Notes: generated by a model from the letters alone, not told the origin. 49,177 bases of DNA from Fonticula alba ATCC 38817 (GCA_000388065.2 KB932205.1), one strand, 5' to 3'. Positions 1 to 12,849 are shown, counted from the stretch's first letter. Program-made: numbers and translations.

Positions 1-774
1 GGGGGGGGGGGGGGCGGAAGACCAGGGGAGGTATGCCTTGCCTCCGGCAGCCCCCCGCCCCCCTCGGACCCCGGACCCTGGGCCTCTCGATGCTTCCAAA
101 TGCCCGCACCCGGACTCTCGGTCCTCTAATTCTCGCCGACGACCGGGCGGTGTGGCTTGGCCCCTGTGTGCCACATTCTCCGGGTGTGGGGCCACCGCAT
201 TTGCCTTGTCCTGCCCCCCCCCCCCCCCCTCCGGTCTGCCCAGGCGGGCTCAGAGGCCGGGTGCCGGCGAGCATGGCTGCCGACGATGCGGCCACTCATG
301 CACACGCACGCACTCTCCCGCGCGCGCGCCCTCCCGCATATTTGTATGCACAATCCAGAGACGAGCAGACCGGAAAGGGGCACACGGCCACCGGGCCTCA
401 GCCCCATCGGAGCCCCATGCCCGGGAAGCCCGCTGCCCCCCCCCCCCCCCCTCAGAGTGCGCAGGTACAGGCATGTTCTGGGAGGGTGTTCGCGCGCACG
501 CCGTCCCTTCCCCCCCTTCCCACATATTCTACACGAGCATAGCAGGCGGGCCGGCGAGGGGTGGGTGGGCTGTTGGTGTGTCTCCCGCTTCCCTCCACGC
601 CGTCCCCCGTCGGTAGGAGAAGGGCGACAAGAATCCTGTTTTCAGGACCACACCAGCTGCCGGGGTGCCTCTCGCACCGAGAGGGCACAGAGTCTCTCCC
701 CGGCTGGCATTTTCTCCTCCTGCCCCGCGCTTGGACTACCTTTCCTCCCCCCCTCCCCTCCCACACTCTTTACC

Positions 775-1175
775 GTAAGTCGCCCCTCCTCCCGCCCTCT
801 CCTCCCATGCGTCCCCTGCCCCCCCCCCTCCTGCTCCTCGCTCCCCGCTCCCTGTCGTGCATTTTGCTCTTGTCCCCGCCCGCCCCCCTCATGGGCCTCC
901 GTCGCCGCGGCTTCCCATCCTGCCGCGCTGCTGGCGCGGTTCCTGCCGTCACGACCATTGTTGTGGCCGCTGGCGCCGCTCCCGGCGCCGCCGCCACCTC
1001 ATAGTTGACAGTGGCGCCGGCTGCGGCAGGGGCAACAACAGGGACAGCCCCAGCCCACCACCATCCCCATCATTGCCCCCCCCCCCTCCCCCTTCCTCCT
1101 CGTAGGCCGTCGCTCACGGTGTCGCCCACGCCCTCCCGACTAACCACCCAGCCCTCCCCTTTCGCCCGCGCTCAG
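775..1175 (+). other. Putative 5'-UTR intron of CCT1 ending immediately before the ATG
   Basis: GTAAGT at 775, C-rich body like other plus-strand introns, branch-point-like GACTAAC at 1138-1144, CAG at 1173-1175 directly followed by ATG 1176. Confidence 0.45.
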
Positions 1176-3376
1176 ATGGACGGAAAGTTCACTTCTCTCC
1201 ACGCCCAGGCGGCCTCCCTCTCCATCGGTGGTGAGCGCATCTCCGGCGACGCCGTTCGCCAGCAGAATGGTGCGCCCACTCGCATTCTTCCCTCACATTC
1301 CTTTGTCGTGCCCTGATGGGGCTTCCCTTCTGTGCCGGCCATCACCTGTCGCCAGACACTCACCCCCCCCACCCCCCTTCCCCGCTCGCACCATGCCCTC
1401 GCATGTGCTCATATGTCACGCACATACCCCACCAGTCACCGCCGTCATGGCCATTGCCAACATCGTCAAGAGCTCCCTGGGTCCGCTCGGCCTCGACAAG
1501 ATGCTCGTCGATGATATCGGTGTACGCCCCTTTCTTCAGCGCCATCCCGCGTCCTCCCTTCAGCCATCTCGCCCCCTCCCCCCTCCTTCCCCTCGGTCAC
1601 TCACTCCCCCTTTCTGTGCTCTCGCTCATGGCCCCCTCTCCCCTCTCTCCCCCCCCCCTCCCCCTGGCCTGCAGGACGTCACCGTCACCAACGACGGCGC
1701 CACCATCCTCAAGCTGCTCGATGTCCAGCACCCCGCGGCCAAGGTCCTTGTCGAGCTGGCCGAGCAGCAGGACAAGGACGTCGGTGATGGCACCACCTCC
1801 GTGGTCATCATCGCTTCGGAGCTTCTGCGCCGCTCTTACGACCTGGTCCGCAACAAGATCCACCCGACCACCATCATCAGCGGCCTGCGCATTGCCAGCC
1901 GCGAGGCGTGCAAGTACATCGCCGACAACCTGACCACCAAGGTGGACGACCTCGGCGCCGACTGCCTGATCAACGCCGCCAAGACTTCCATCTCCTCCAA
2001 GATCGTCGGCTCCATCGACTCGGACTTCTTCGCCAAGGCCGTTGTCGACGCCATGCTGGCCGTCAAGACCATCGATGCCCGTGGCTCGGTCAAGTACCCG
2101 GTCGGTGCGGTCAACGTCCTGAAGCAGCACGGCAAGAGCGCTCGCGAGTCCATCGTCCTCGATGGGTATGCTCTCAACTGCACCCTGGCCTCCCAGAACA
2201 TGGTCCGCTCGATCAAGGGTGCTCGCATTGCCTGCCTGGACATCAACCTCCAGCGTGCGCGCATGTCCCTCGGTGTGCATGTCGTCATCAACGACCCGGA
2301 CAAGCTGGAGGAGATCAAGCAGAAGTACGTGGCTACCATGTGCCATGCCATGGTGATGGCGGCCGCTGTTTTTCTTCCTTTTGCTGGCCATTTCCCCTCC
2401 CCTCCTTGCGCCCTTGTTTCCTTTCCCCCCCCCCCTCTCTCTCTGACACACCTGTCACCCTTCTCTTCTTTCTCTCCCCTCCCCCCTCTCGCCCTCGCCC
2501 TCGCCCTCGCGCACGCACAGGGAGATCGACATCACCCGCCAGAAGATCCACAAGATCCTGGCCTCCGGTGCCAATGTCATCCTCACCACCAAGGGCATCG
2601 ATGACTCGTGCATGAAGTTCTTCATTGAGGCCGGTGCCATGGCCGTTCGCCGGTGCCTGCGCGAGGACCTCGAGCGCATTGCCACCGCCACCGGGGCTTC
2701 GCTCATTTCCACCCTCGCCGACCTCGACGGCGAGGAGACCTTCGACGCGTCGCTCCTTGGCCACGCCGACGAGGTGTCCCAGGAGCGCCTGGCCGATGAT
2801 GAGCTGATCCTCATCCGCGGTACCCGTGCTCAGGGGTCCTCTTCGCTGATCCTGCGCGGCCCCAATGAGTTCATGCTGGACGAGATGGAGCGCTCCGTGC
2901 ATGATGCCCTGTGCGTGGTCAAGCGCACCCTCGAGTCTGGCCGTGTGGTGCCCGGCGGTGGCTGCGTCGAGTCGGCCCTGTCCATCTACCTGGAGAACTA
3001 TGCCACCACCCTCGGCTCGCGCGAGCAGCTGGCCATCGCCGAGTTCGCCCAGGCCCTGCTCATCATCCCCAAGGTCCTGTCGGTCAATGCTGCCCGCGAC
3101 TCGGTGGATCTGGTGGCCCGCCTGCGTGCCTTCCACCATGCGGCCCAGACCGACCCGGCCCATGCGCACCTCCGCCACAGCGGCCTGAACCTGGTTGACG
3201 GTGAGATCCGCGACAACCTGGCCGCCGGTGTTCTGGAGCCCGCCATGTCCAAGATCCGCAGTCTGCGCGCCGCCACCGAGGCCGCCATTGCCATCCTGCG
3301 CATTGACGACCTGATCAAGCTGGAGCCGGAGAACCCCGAGGGCGGTGCTGGCGGCCACGCCGGTCATGGCCACTAA
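1176..3376 (+). CDS. CCT1: T-complex protein 1 subunit alpha (chaperonin CCT1), 4 exons, 561 aa
   Basis: Exons 1176-1269, 1436-1521, 1675-2324, 2521-3376 join in frame (1686 nt). Motifs: [65 protein letters not shown]-terminus [14 protein letters not shown] is typical of the alpha subunit. Confidence 0.97.
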
Positions 3377-3377
3377 A

Positions 3378-3385
3378 TGTGTGCG

Positions 3386-3416
<31 letters not shown>
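3378..3416. repeat. (TG)n microsatellite directly after the CCT1 stop
   Basis: Near-perfect TG run. More TG/CA and (CG)n tracts follow up to about 3550. Confidence 0.9.
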
Positions 3417-5038
3417 ACATGCACACTCACACCCACACCCACACTCTCTCTTTCTCACTCACTCACGCGCAGAGCCCCCACACGGGCGGTCTGTGTATGT
3501 GTGTATGTGTGTGTGTGTCTGTGCGCATCGCTGCGCGCGCGCGCGCGCGCCGCGTCCTGTCCTTGCCCCCTCTTCTCCACCTGGTCGCTTTCCTTCTGTC
3601 TCCCTCTCTTTCTTCGATTGTTTCGCTTGGCCGTTGTTTGTGCGGGCTGCGCCCGGCGTGCGGCCCCCCCTCCCCACCTCCCCTGGCCTCCTCTTCCTCC
3701 CCTCTCCCCCCTTTAGACCGCCCCCTCTTGTACAAGTTCGTTCTTGGGAGCAGTTGATGTTCCGGGCAACCCCCTTCTCCGCACAGCAGCGCCTATGTTC
3801 ATGTCCCCTCCCTTCCTCCACTATACTTCTAAAATATCTTACTCCATCCCGTCTTCCCGGAGGGGGGGGTGGGCATCAGAGGGGGCCGGGACGCGGGCGG
3901 GTGGGGGTGGTGGTGGGGGCGTGCACGATGTGCCTGGGGTTTGAATGCGGGAGGCGGGGCGGCGGTCCAGCCGGCATTTCTTCCCCTTTCCCGTGCCATT
4001 GGTGGGGCCCCGGGTGTGGGTGCGAATCTTAACCGAGGGAATCTTAACTGTGGCGAGCTCCGTGGGGTGGCCGGGGCCGGAGGCAGCGACTGTCGTCTCT
4101 CAGGACCTGGCTGTGGGTGGGCATCTCTGCCCTTCCCCATGGGGGTGGGCTTGGAGAGGCCTGGCAGTCTTGGGAAAGGACCGGTGGGCGTGCGGGAATT
4201 GCCCCCGCCCACCCCTCCCTCGCCCCGCGTCCCCCCCTCCGGGACCGGGAGAGCCAAGGACACCTGCTGGCCAATATCGGCGCGCAGGGCGGGGCTGCGG
4301 GCATGCTCCGGCACACCCTCCCCCCTTTGGGTGCGGGCTTCTTCCCAACGCGGAGGTCTGGGGACGGGCGGAGGGCGGCGTGCCCCCCCTCGATCAGGAG
4401 CTGGAGTCCATTAATTGTGTGCCAGCCGCCGCGCCCAGGTAGCCCGTGCTAGCCTTGGCCAGGCCCTTGGTCGGCGGGTCAGCCAGGCGCAAACGGGCGT
4501 CTCCGTCCTGGGGGAACGCTGAGAGAGCACCCCCCCCCCCGTAAGGCCAGGACGTCCGGCCCTCCTGCTTGACGCGGGGTCGATCGTCGACCCGTCGGCC
4601 CACCCGCCTCGCCGGTCTGTCCGCGCGGCAAACGGATCGCCATGGCTCTTGGCTGACCGCCGTGATATGAGACGACCCGGTCCTGGCCACCCCCCTCCNN
4701 NNNNNNNNNNNNNNNNNNNNNNNNNNNNNNNNNNNNNNNNNNNNNNNNNNNNNNNNNNNNNNNNNNNNNNNNNNNNNNNNNNNNNNNNNNNNNNNNNNNN
4801 NNNNNNNNNNNNNNNNNNNNNNNNNNNNNNNNNNNNNNNNNNNNNNNNNNNNNNNNNNNNNNNNNNNNNNNNNNNNNNNNNNNNNNNNNNNNNNNNNNNN
4901 NNNNNNNNNNNNNNNNNNNNNNNNNNNNNNNNNNNNNNNNNNNNNNNNNNNNNNNNNNNNNNNNNNNNNNNNNNNNNNNNNNNNNNNNNNNNNNNNNNNN
5001 NNNNNNNNNNNNNNNNNNNNNNNNNNNNNNNNNNNNNN

Positions 5039-5098
<60 letters not shown>

Positions 5099-5140
5099 AC
5101 CCCCCCCCCCCCCCCTCCCCCCCCCCCCCCCCCCCCCCCC
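5039..5140. repeat. About 100-nt near-pure poly-C tract bordering a 340-N gap
   Basis: Directly visible. Similar poly-C/G tracts flank most gaps in the window. Confidence 0.9.
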
Positions 5141-5185
5141 TCTCTCTCTTGCTCCCCCTTCCTCCCACCCCCACCACCCCGACAG

Positions 5186-6693
5186 CCTTCGACGCCCCGG
5201 TTCCAGCCGGCGCCGCCTACAACAATGACTTCGTCCCGGTTGCCACGCAGTCGGTGTCGGCCTACTCGACTGGCCAGTCGCCGCGGATGCCGGACACGCC
5301 GATGACCCCGGCGGCCGAGCCGGCCGCCCCGGCTGCCCCGGCGACCGAGGACAAGAAGAACACCTTCTCGGCCCCTTTCTACAAGATCGAGTTCTACCAA
5401 CAGTACTTCGATGTGGACACGGCCGATGTCGGGTCGCGCATCCTGCACGCGCTTCTCCCCTACCGGCCAAACTTCCTGACCACCGTGGTCCCGCCCGGGG
5501 CGCTGGACCTGTACGGCCCCTTCTGGGTGTCGACCACGGTCATCTTCGTCCTCTTTGCCATCGGTAATCTGGCGCACTCGATCAAGGCCTTCGCCGATCC
5601 GAACTACGAGTTTGTGCCCGACTTCACCACCCTCCCCTGGGCCGCCACCACCATCTACCTGTACATCCTGCTGGTGCCGCTGGCCGTGTGGGGCATCTTC
5701 CGCTACTTCGATACCAAGCTCTCGCTGGTCCGGTTGTACTCGCTCATTGGCTACGGCCTCTCGGTTTTCATCCCGATTTCTGTGCGTCGCGCCCTCCTGG
5801 TCTCTTCCCACGGTGAGAGGGCTGTTGGCGTGGTCTTCTCGGGTTTTTATTTTTTTATTTTGCGCGTCTGCCCGCGCATACACACCCACCCCCATCCTCC
5901 TCCACTTTCCGGGGCTCCCCCTGACCCACGTCCTGCGACCTTCCTCCCTCCCTCTCCCTTCCGGTCGGATTTCCTCGGCCGAACGGCAGATCATTTGTGT
6001 CCTCCCCTGGGAGATCGTCAAGTGGGTCTGCACTGGCGTCCTCTTCCTCATCACTAGTACGCACGGGATTTATCCCCCCCCCCCCGCCCCTCGCCCCTCG
6101 CGCCATCTGCCACCCGACCTCTCGGGCTCCCCCTCCTGCCTGGCGCCCGGCGTGGGGCCATCCCATCCAGAACCGCGGCCACTTCCAGAAGGGCAACAAG
6201 TCCCCCTTCCCGTACCACCCCTCGTCCGGCGATGCCGGCCTCCTGCCCACCTGGGTGCGCGCGCGGGGGCGCCTGTGCGCCCATGAGGCCATCCAGATCT
6301 CCCAAGAGGTCTCCACCGAGCTGGGCCTCTGGCCCCTGAAGACCGAGCCGGCGGCCGGCACCGATGCCGAGGCGACCACCGTCGGCCCCGATGCCGACGC
6401 CGATNNNNNNNNNNNNNNNNNNNNNNNNNCCCCCTCCTCTTCCGTGTCTGTGCATGCATTCCCCGGTCACCCGCCTCTGCGCCTGCCCCCGCGCCCGTAC
6501 CTGCCCCCGCTTCGACTGACTCCTCGCAGCCCTGTTCATGACCTCCAACATCTGGGTTGCCGCTTCGGCGGCCGGCGCACGGTCTACCATCCTTCTGTCG
6601 GTGTGCGGTGGGCTGGCTGCCATCAACGCCGGCATCGCGCTGCTTTTCAAGTTCGTCTTCTTCACCTACAAGTCGGTGATTGTCGCCCCCTGA
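5186..6693 (+). CDS. Yip1-domain Golgi membrane protein (YIPF1/2-like), 5'-partial
   Basis: Exons 5186-5781, 5990-6056, 6530-6693 join in frame. Motifs: FYKIEFYQQYFDVDT, DLYGPFWVSTT, YSLIGYGLSVFIPIS, C-terminal ALLFKFVFF. The first exon is not visible and probably lies in the gap 4699-5038. Confidence 0.87.
6171..6404 (+). CDS. Orphan coding-like segment inside a Yip1 intron (unidentified protein fragment)
   Basis: After a CAG at 6168-6170 it reads NRGHFQKGNKSPFPYHPSSGDAGLLPTWVRARGRLCAHEAIQISQEVSTELGLWPLKTEPAAG... with strong C/G third-position bias and no stop before the 25-N gap. This frame is not compatible with the Yip1 splice phase. Confidence 0.45.
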
Positions 6694-7073
6694 GACCGTG
6701 TTGGTGGCCTGGCTGCCACACCACTGCGCAAGTCGGCGGTCTGTGGTCTTCCTTCCGGTCCCCGTATCTTCGCCTCTCTCTCCCTCCCCTCACCAGGGTA
6801 TGCTCGTCGTACGGGGGATGCGGGAGGACCGGCGGCTCCTCATGCACATTGCGCTCGAAAAAAAAAAAAACAAACACCCAACTCAATAAAATCTTCCCAA
6901 ACAAAGTTTTTCTTCCTGCCTCTGAGTCTGGGCACGGGCTCCATGGTCCCTCGCACTGCTGGTGTATTTCGACTGCAAGGGCGTTTCCCGAGCGACAGTA
7001 ACAGCAACAACAACAGCAGCAGCAACAGCAGCAGTGCAAACAGAAGCAGGAGCAAGGTGCGGCCGAATGCAAT

Positions 7074-8135
7074 TCAGCGCTTGTGGGCCGCTTGACGCAT
7101 GTACCAAATCCCGTCGGCCCTGGTGGATTGTTTGTTGATCTGTTGTTGTTGGGATTTGGAAACAATTCGTTCGAGAATCTCCCCGGTGCCTCGAACGAGT
7201 CTATACCGGACATGGGCACGCACAAATATTCATGCAGTCGGAGCTCGGCTGGTCAGCAACAGCCTGGAGGGCGAGCCGGTATGCGGGGAAATCAAATTGG
7301 ATCGTTTGGCTGAGGGGGAGGGAGAGGAGCGAGAAAGGGAGAGAGAGAGAGAGAGGACGTACCTCATGCGGCCTGTTTCCTCGTCATACTTTTCACTGAT
7401 GGTGTTGTAGAGTTTGTCATACTGGGCCGGAGTCATGGGGCCGAAGGAGGCGGCCGGAGTGGCCGGCGGATCGCGCGGGATACTCTGCGTTCCCTGGGCA
7501 CCACTCGAGCTGGTGGTGGGTACTGGCGGCGGGGGACCATGACTCGGGCGGTTCAGGGGCAGACCTGGCGGAGGGGCTTGTGGGACCGGTGGGGCCGGTG
7601 GGGGCGGCGAGCGACTCCTGCTACTGGAGTTGGAGCTGTGGCGACGGGACCGCCGGCTGTGTGTGCGGCGGGACGATCGCGTCGGGGAGGAGCGATCCCG
7701 GCGTCGCGAGCGTCTTGATGAGTCCCTGCGCCTGGATCGGGACCGGGACCGTGAGGCTGAGCGATTGCGTGAGCGATCCCGGTCACGCCGGCTAGACCTC
7801 CGCCGGCCACGGCTGCGGCTGCGGCTGCGGCTGCGGCTGCGGCTGCGGGTAGGACTGTGACTGCGACTGCGACTGCGGCTGCGGCTGCGACTGCGCTTGC
7901 TCCTCCGAGAACGTCGCCGCCTCCGATCGTGGCTGCGGCTGCGGCTGCGACTGCGATCGCAGCTACGATCACGGCTACGGCTGAGCTCGCGGGCATACTT
8001 GCGAGTGTGCTTGTCGGAGCTACGTCGGCCCCGGTCACGGCTGCGGCTGCGGCTGCGACTGCGATCGCGATCAGGGCGCGAGCCCCGTCGGCCGCCGTCC
8101 GGGTCCGGAGAGTGGTCCCGCCTGGACATGGCCAT
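7074..8135 (-). CDS. ARL6IP4: ARL6IP4/SR-25-like RS-rich nuclear splicing-associated protein, 2 exons, about 299 aa
   Basis: Exons 8135-7363 and 7200-7074 join in frame (900 nt). Long RS-dipeptide region encoded by GGCTGC/GACTGC hexamer repeats. C-terminal PMTPAQYDKLYNTISEKYDEETGRMRLVRGTGEILERIVSKSQQQQINKQSTRADG matches the SR-25 domain pattern. Confidence 0.82.
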
Positions 8136-8635
8136 CAAAGAACCACAACAATCGGGCAGCGAGGAATGGCGAAGAAAGAATGGGCCTGTGAAGGAGAGGC
8201 AGAGAGGGAGGTTGAAGGGAGACGGCGGCCAGGATATCTGAGACCACTCCATCCCCACGGATGGACCAGCCGTGGCTGAAAAGACCTCTGAACCCACTGC
8301 TCCCAACGTATGGGCAAGAGTCGAATGTTGTTGGGGTTTTATTTTCTATGTTCTATCGGTATTCGATTGAGGGACAAGGTGGCCCCTCCCCTCCACATTG
8401 GTTCCATCTTCACCCGTGAAGATGGGGAGGGGGGGGGGGGGGGTGCGCATGGTGGGGGGCGGCGTCATGAGAGGAGGAAAAGCAAGCATCTTGCCCAGTC
8501 TTGTGAGGATGGGTAGGTTATGTAGGCAGGTAGGGCTTTCCTTTTCCCGACCAGGACACGCGGGCACTCACGCAGCGAGAGGGGGCGGGGGAGAGAGGGG
8601 AACAGGAAGATCGGTCCCTGCTTTGCTGGCGCGAC

Positions 8636-10372
8636 TTAGTGGGGCAGCACCGAGGCCAGCAGGCCGGCGACCGGTTGGATCAGCCAGTCCGGCACAAAGC
8701 GCAAAGTCCAGTCGATACGCCCGCCGGTGAGAGTCCGAGCAGCAGCCAGACACCCATGCTGCGAGTGCCAGTAGTGCGCATTGACGAGGCCACGCCAGTG
8801 CGACAGGGCGGCAAGCACCACACAAAAGTGGAAAAGCTGATGCGAGCTGAGGAAGAAGTCGAAGCGCCCCGGGGCATACTTCTCCGGCGTGCGGGTGGCA
8901 TAGAGCGAAGCCCCGAGCAGGTAGAAGAAGGCCATGCCGGCCATGTTGCTGATGGAGGCCTGGCAGGTTGACATGTGCCGGAGGAGATCCCAGGCGGAGG
9001 AGTGTCAGATCGCGGATCCGTGTCTGCGAGCAAGTGTCGCCCCCCCCCCCCCCCCCCCCCCCCCCCCGGAAGACATTTGGCCCGTGGTCCTGTCGGGTGG
9101 AGGCGCCCGCGGGATGCGGGGCCAGGAGGGGAATTTGAGAGGGGGGGGGGGGGGGGGGGGGCGCGCGCGCGCGGGAGAAGGAGAAAGCAGAGCACGTACC
9201 GCTCCATAGGCGCGGGTGTAGCCCATCGCAATCAGCACATGGAAAAAGGGCAGGGCACCGGAGACACTCATGGTGACAAAGAGGATGGCCCGCTTGGCGC
9301 GGAAGGTCGGATGGAGGAAGCTTTTCCGCAAGACCATGGGCAGGAGCGGGATGGCCGGCGCCGCGGCCAGAGCCAAGTAGACCCACTTCAGGAGGCCAGG
9401 AGCACAGCCGAGAGCATAGTACAGGGCAGGAATGACAGAGCCGACGATCATGGTCATGATACCGAGGTAGTCACAGCGGTTCATGGTCTCGCTCACCTCG
9501 ACCGAGTGATCGCTATGACGTGCGAGCAGCAGGGAGACAGCGGCCGAAGAGAGAGAGAGAGGGGCAGGGGGGGGGGGGGGAAGGATGCGGTGTGGGTTGG
9601 TCAGTGTGGGCCGCCGCCGCGAGGTGGAGGCAAGGCCAGGGGCCCATTGGGAATGCGGGGGCGCACCAAAACAGATGGAAGGACGAAGACAGCAGGAGCA
9701 TTGACACGGCACACACGAAGAAGACCCCGAACATGACCTTATCGCCGAGGGTCAAGTCCGCGTAGACTGGCGCATAGCCGGTGAAGGTGAGGATGGCCAC
9801 GCCGATGAAGAAGACCGCCGCCAGGAGGTGCGAGTAGATGTTGCCGGTTTCGTTGTGCAGGAAGAAGAGAGACTTGATGTCGGTCAGGAAGGACCCATCC
9901 GAGATTCGGTACCCGGAGAGGATCCATTCATTGTCTTTGCGCCATTCCTCCAGCTCATCGTATGTCATGAGATTCTGCCGGGGCCAAGAGGCAGGGGGGT
10001 TAGCGAGGGAGGGCAGGCGTGCGCGTGCGCGTACGCGTATACGGGGAGCGCAGGAGAGAGGGGCAGGAGGAGGGCCAGCATGGTGGCAGATGGGCACAGA
10101 CACACCTTCTTGAGGTAGGCGATTGACGGGCGCTTCGGGTGGCGCTTGGGCGGCTGGTGGCTGTGATGCCGGCAGGCGTGGTCCTTCAGGGGGTGGGAGT
10201 TCTGCTGGTGGGACATTGGCAGGCTGGCGTCGGAGGCGGCAGCCTGATCGATGGCCATCGAGTCCAGGGAGGAGGAAGAGAGTAGAGCCTCGGTGGACTC
10301 GTCGGTGCCACCGACAGCGGTCACAGGGCCAGCCATGGGACGCCGGCGAACGGGAGCGGGGTCAACCACCAT
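8636..10372 (-). CDS. PAQR family (ADIPOR/IZH-type) membrane receptor, 4 exons, about 403 aa
   Basis: Exons 10372-10106, 9974-9667, 9512-9200, 8959-8636 join in frame (1212 nt). Motifs: WRKDNEWILSGYR, HNETGNIYSHL, SSSFH, RCDYLGI, PEKYAPGRFD, SHQLFH. The zinc-site residues appear intact. An alternative start at 10336 is possible. Confidence 0.93.
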
Positions 10373-10791
10373 GTCTCTCGGGCCGCGCGGGGGTATACGG
10401 CGGCAGCGGCTGTGGCTGGGTCGTAGCGTGTGTTCGAGCTAGAAGGGGCGACAAAGCGAGGGGAAGGGAACGCGGTCGGGCAGGGGGGGGGGGAGCAGGT
10501 AACGGGAGAGAGTGGGCGAGAGCAGATGCCCGAGTTGCCACGGATGGGCACCCGTCCTGCGCAGGCGGCTGAAAGGGGCAGTCAGCCAGGCGGGGCCCGT
10601 GCCCCGATCCGAGGACAGTGGGAGCAGCCGAAGGTCCCCCCCCCCCGGGTTGGTCTGTGTCTATGTGTGAGGCAGGGGTGACAGAATGTCCCAGGTCAAA
10701 NNNNNNNNNNGTGAGGCAGGGGTGACAGAATGTCCCAGGTCAAATTGTTTGGGTGCCCCGTTTTTTCCCTATTTTTGTGGTTGGGGGTGTT

Positions 10792-10826
<35 letters not shown>

Positions 10827-12818
10827 GCAAGCGGCTGGGGCCCCAACCACCGTGCGTGGATGCGTGTGTGGGCAGGAGGAAAGATCGCTTGCGGGAAAAA
10901 GGCGGGGCCCAGCGCACTGCTTATCCAACCGCCGGCCCTGCCTGTTTCCGGCCAGCGCCCCCCCCCCCCCCCCCCCTGCTACCGGTTACTCGTCTTCAGG
11001 GTGGCGGCGGCCAGAGGCATCGCCGCCACTGTGCCGATCGCTGGCGGGGGAGATCGGTGCTATGGGGTAAAAAAGCTCACGCGCGCCAACAGCATGAGGC
11101 GGGGGGAGGGGGCTGGCCCCAAAGCGGCCCTGCCGGGCCCTGGGGCACGGGCGCCAGTCGGCAGGAGGCAGCCCCAAACGGCAGCCACCGATCCCTGCGG
11201 CTCGCTTGCTGCTGGTGCCGCTCCGAGACCTGGCGGGCGACTCGAGCGGTGTTGGTGCGTTGCGCGTGTCCCATGCTGGCGGCTCCCCCCCCCCCCGGGC
11301 CTGCCCCTGCCAGGGCCGGGCCTTTTCGCGTGTCGTCTGAATGGTCTCTCTAAGTACAACCCCGCGTGCCCGAGGGAGGGGGGGGAGCATGGGGTGGCAT
11401 TTCGCGGTCCGGAAGCGGGCGCCCCCTCCCCAGGCGGCCGGGCCTGTGCTTGGCCCCCGCTCCCGCCTATCGCACCCCATTTTTTTCAGACGCCTAGCCG
11501 TGTGTACCGGTACCGCCTTCTTGTGGAGGCCTGTGAGGGCCGCCNNNNNNNNNNNNNNNNNNNNNNNNNNNNNNNNNNNNNNNNNNNNNNNNNNNNNNNN
11601 NNNNNNNNNNNNNNNNNNNNNNNNNNNNNNNNNNNNNNNNNNNNNNNNNNNNNNNNNNNNNNNNNNNNNNNNNNNNNNNNNNNNNNNNNNNNNNNNNNNN
11701 NNNNNNNNNNNNNNNNNNNNNNNNNNNNNNNNNNNNNNNNNNNNNNNNNNNNNNNNNNNNNNNNNNNNNNNNNNNNNNNNNNNNNNNNNNNNNNNNNNNN
11801 NNNNNNNNNNNNNNNNNNNNNNNNNNNNNNNNNNNNNNNNNNNNNNNNNNNNNNNNNNNNNNNNNNNNNNNNNNNNNNNNNNNCCCCCCCCCACGAGAGG
11901 CAGGGTGCCTGCCCGCGGGACTGTGTTTTTTCTGCAGGGCTGCGCGTCAGTCCCCCGCCCGGCCCCGGGCACCGTCACCCGGATGTCAGACTCCCTGCCC
12001 GCTGGCGATCTCAGGTCCGGCTGTGCTCCTGGGCCCTCCTGCTGGGCATACAGCCCAGGCCAAGAAATCGGGCTACCCCCCCTCCCCCCCTCCTGGGCCC
12101 GTGTTTTGGCGAACTGCGCGCCCCAGAGGGCCAGGGGTGCGAGGCCGACCCGGGGCGCCTCCCACGCCGAAGGCACACACGCCCCGCGCCCGTGCTGGGA
12201 GTTTCTTCGGCCTTCCAAGAGCCAGACGCTGCACCGCGGATGGGCGCCGGGTTCGTCCGGTCCGTCTGAAACAGCACGGCGCGCATCCCGCCCGCATTGA
12301 CGCCGCAGAGCAGACCCTGCGGAGAGGGCACCCGGTGGGGGCGTCGGCTCGTCGGCCCCCGGATATGTGTGCCCCACAGCGTGCCGGCGGCGGATGCCCG
12401 CCTCTCGGTCCTTTCCCCGCTGTGGATGGGCTAGGCTAATGTGCCTGTCCGAAAAAAGGATCCACCTGTATGTGCGCGTGTGCGTGTCATCACTGCTGGG
12501 TGTATTCTTGGCGCGTGTGCTCCACGCTGGGCCGGGAAGGAGACGGAGTGGGGGAAAAAGGCCCCATCGATGCGGCAGGGTGTGCGCACGGAGGCGCGGC
12601 CCTGATCACACGGAGGACCCGTGCCGATGCGTGACTTGGAAGATAGATAGGATAAATACCATTTGACCAAGGCATGCTAAGCCCTGCCCGACCGGGCGGG
12701 CGAAGAGTGCACAAAGCATGAAACATGCTTTTCGCAAGGCTGGCCCTGTGCGCGGGAGATCGCAGACGGCGACCAGCGCAGGCGTGGCTCCGGTGCCCTT
12801 TCTCTCTCTCCCCCCCCC

Positions 12819-12849
<31 letters not shown>

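Noticed and set aside
33-770. ORFs at the window start
   Set aside because: Low-complexity GC-rich upstream sequence with no coding signal.
1270-2520. Intronic snoRNAs in CCT1 (a common host gene in other eukaryotes)
   Set aside because: No convincing RTGATGA...CTGA or H/ACA arrangement was visible by eye. An Infernal scan would be needed to exclude them fully.
1597-3442. Antisense ORFs over CCT1 and other genes (e.g. 32021-32497 plus)
   Set aside because: Shadow frames caused by GC3 bias of the real genes.
7800-8070. Regular hexamer arrays as a CRISPR or satellite
   Set aside because: They encode the RS dipeptide region of the ARL6IP4-like protein and have no repeat-spacer structure.
10667-10744. 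34-bp direct repeat flanking a 10-N gap
   Set aside because: Identical copies on both sides of a nominal gap indicate unmerged overlapping contig ends, not a real repeat or target-site duplication.
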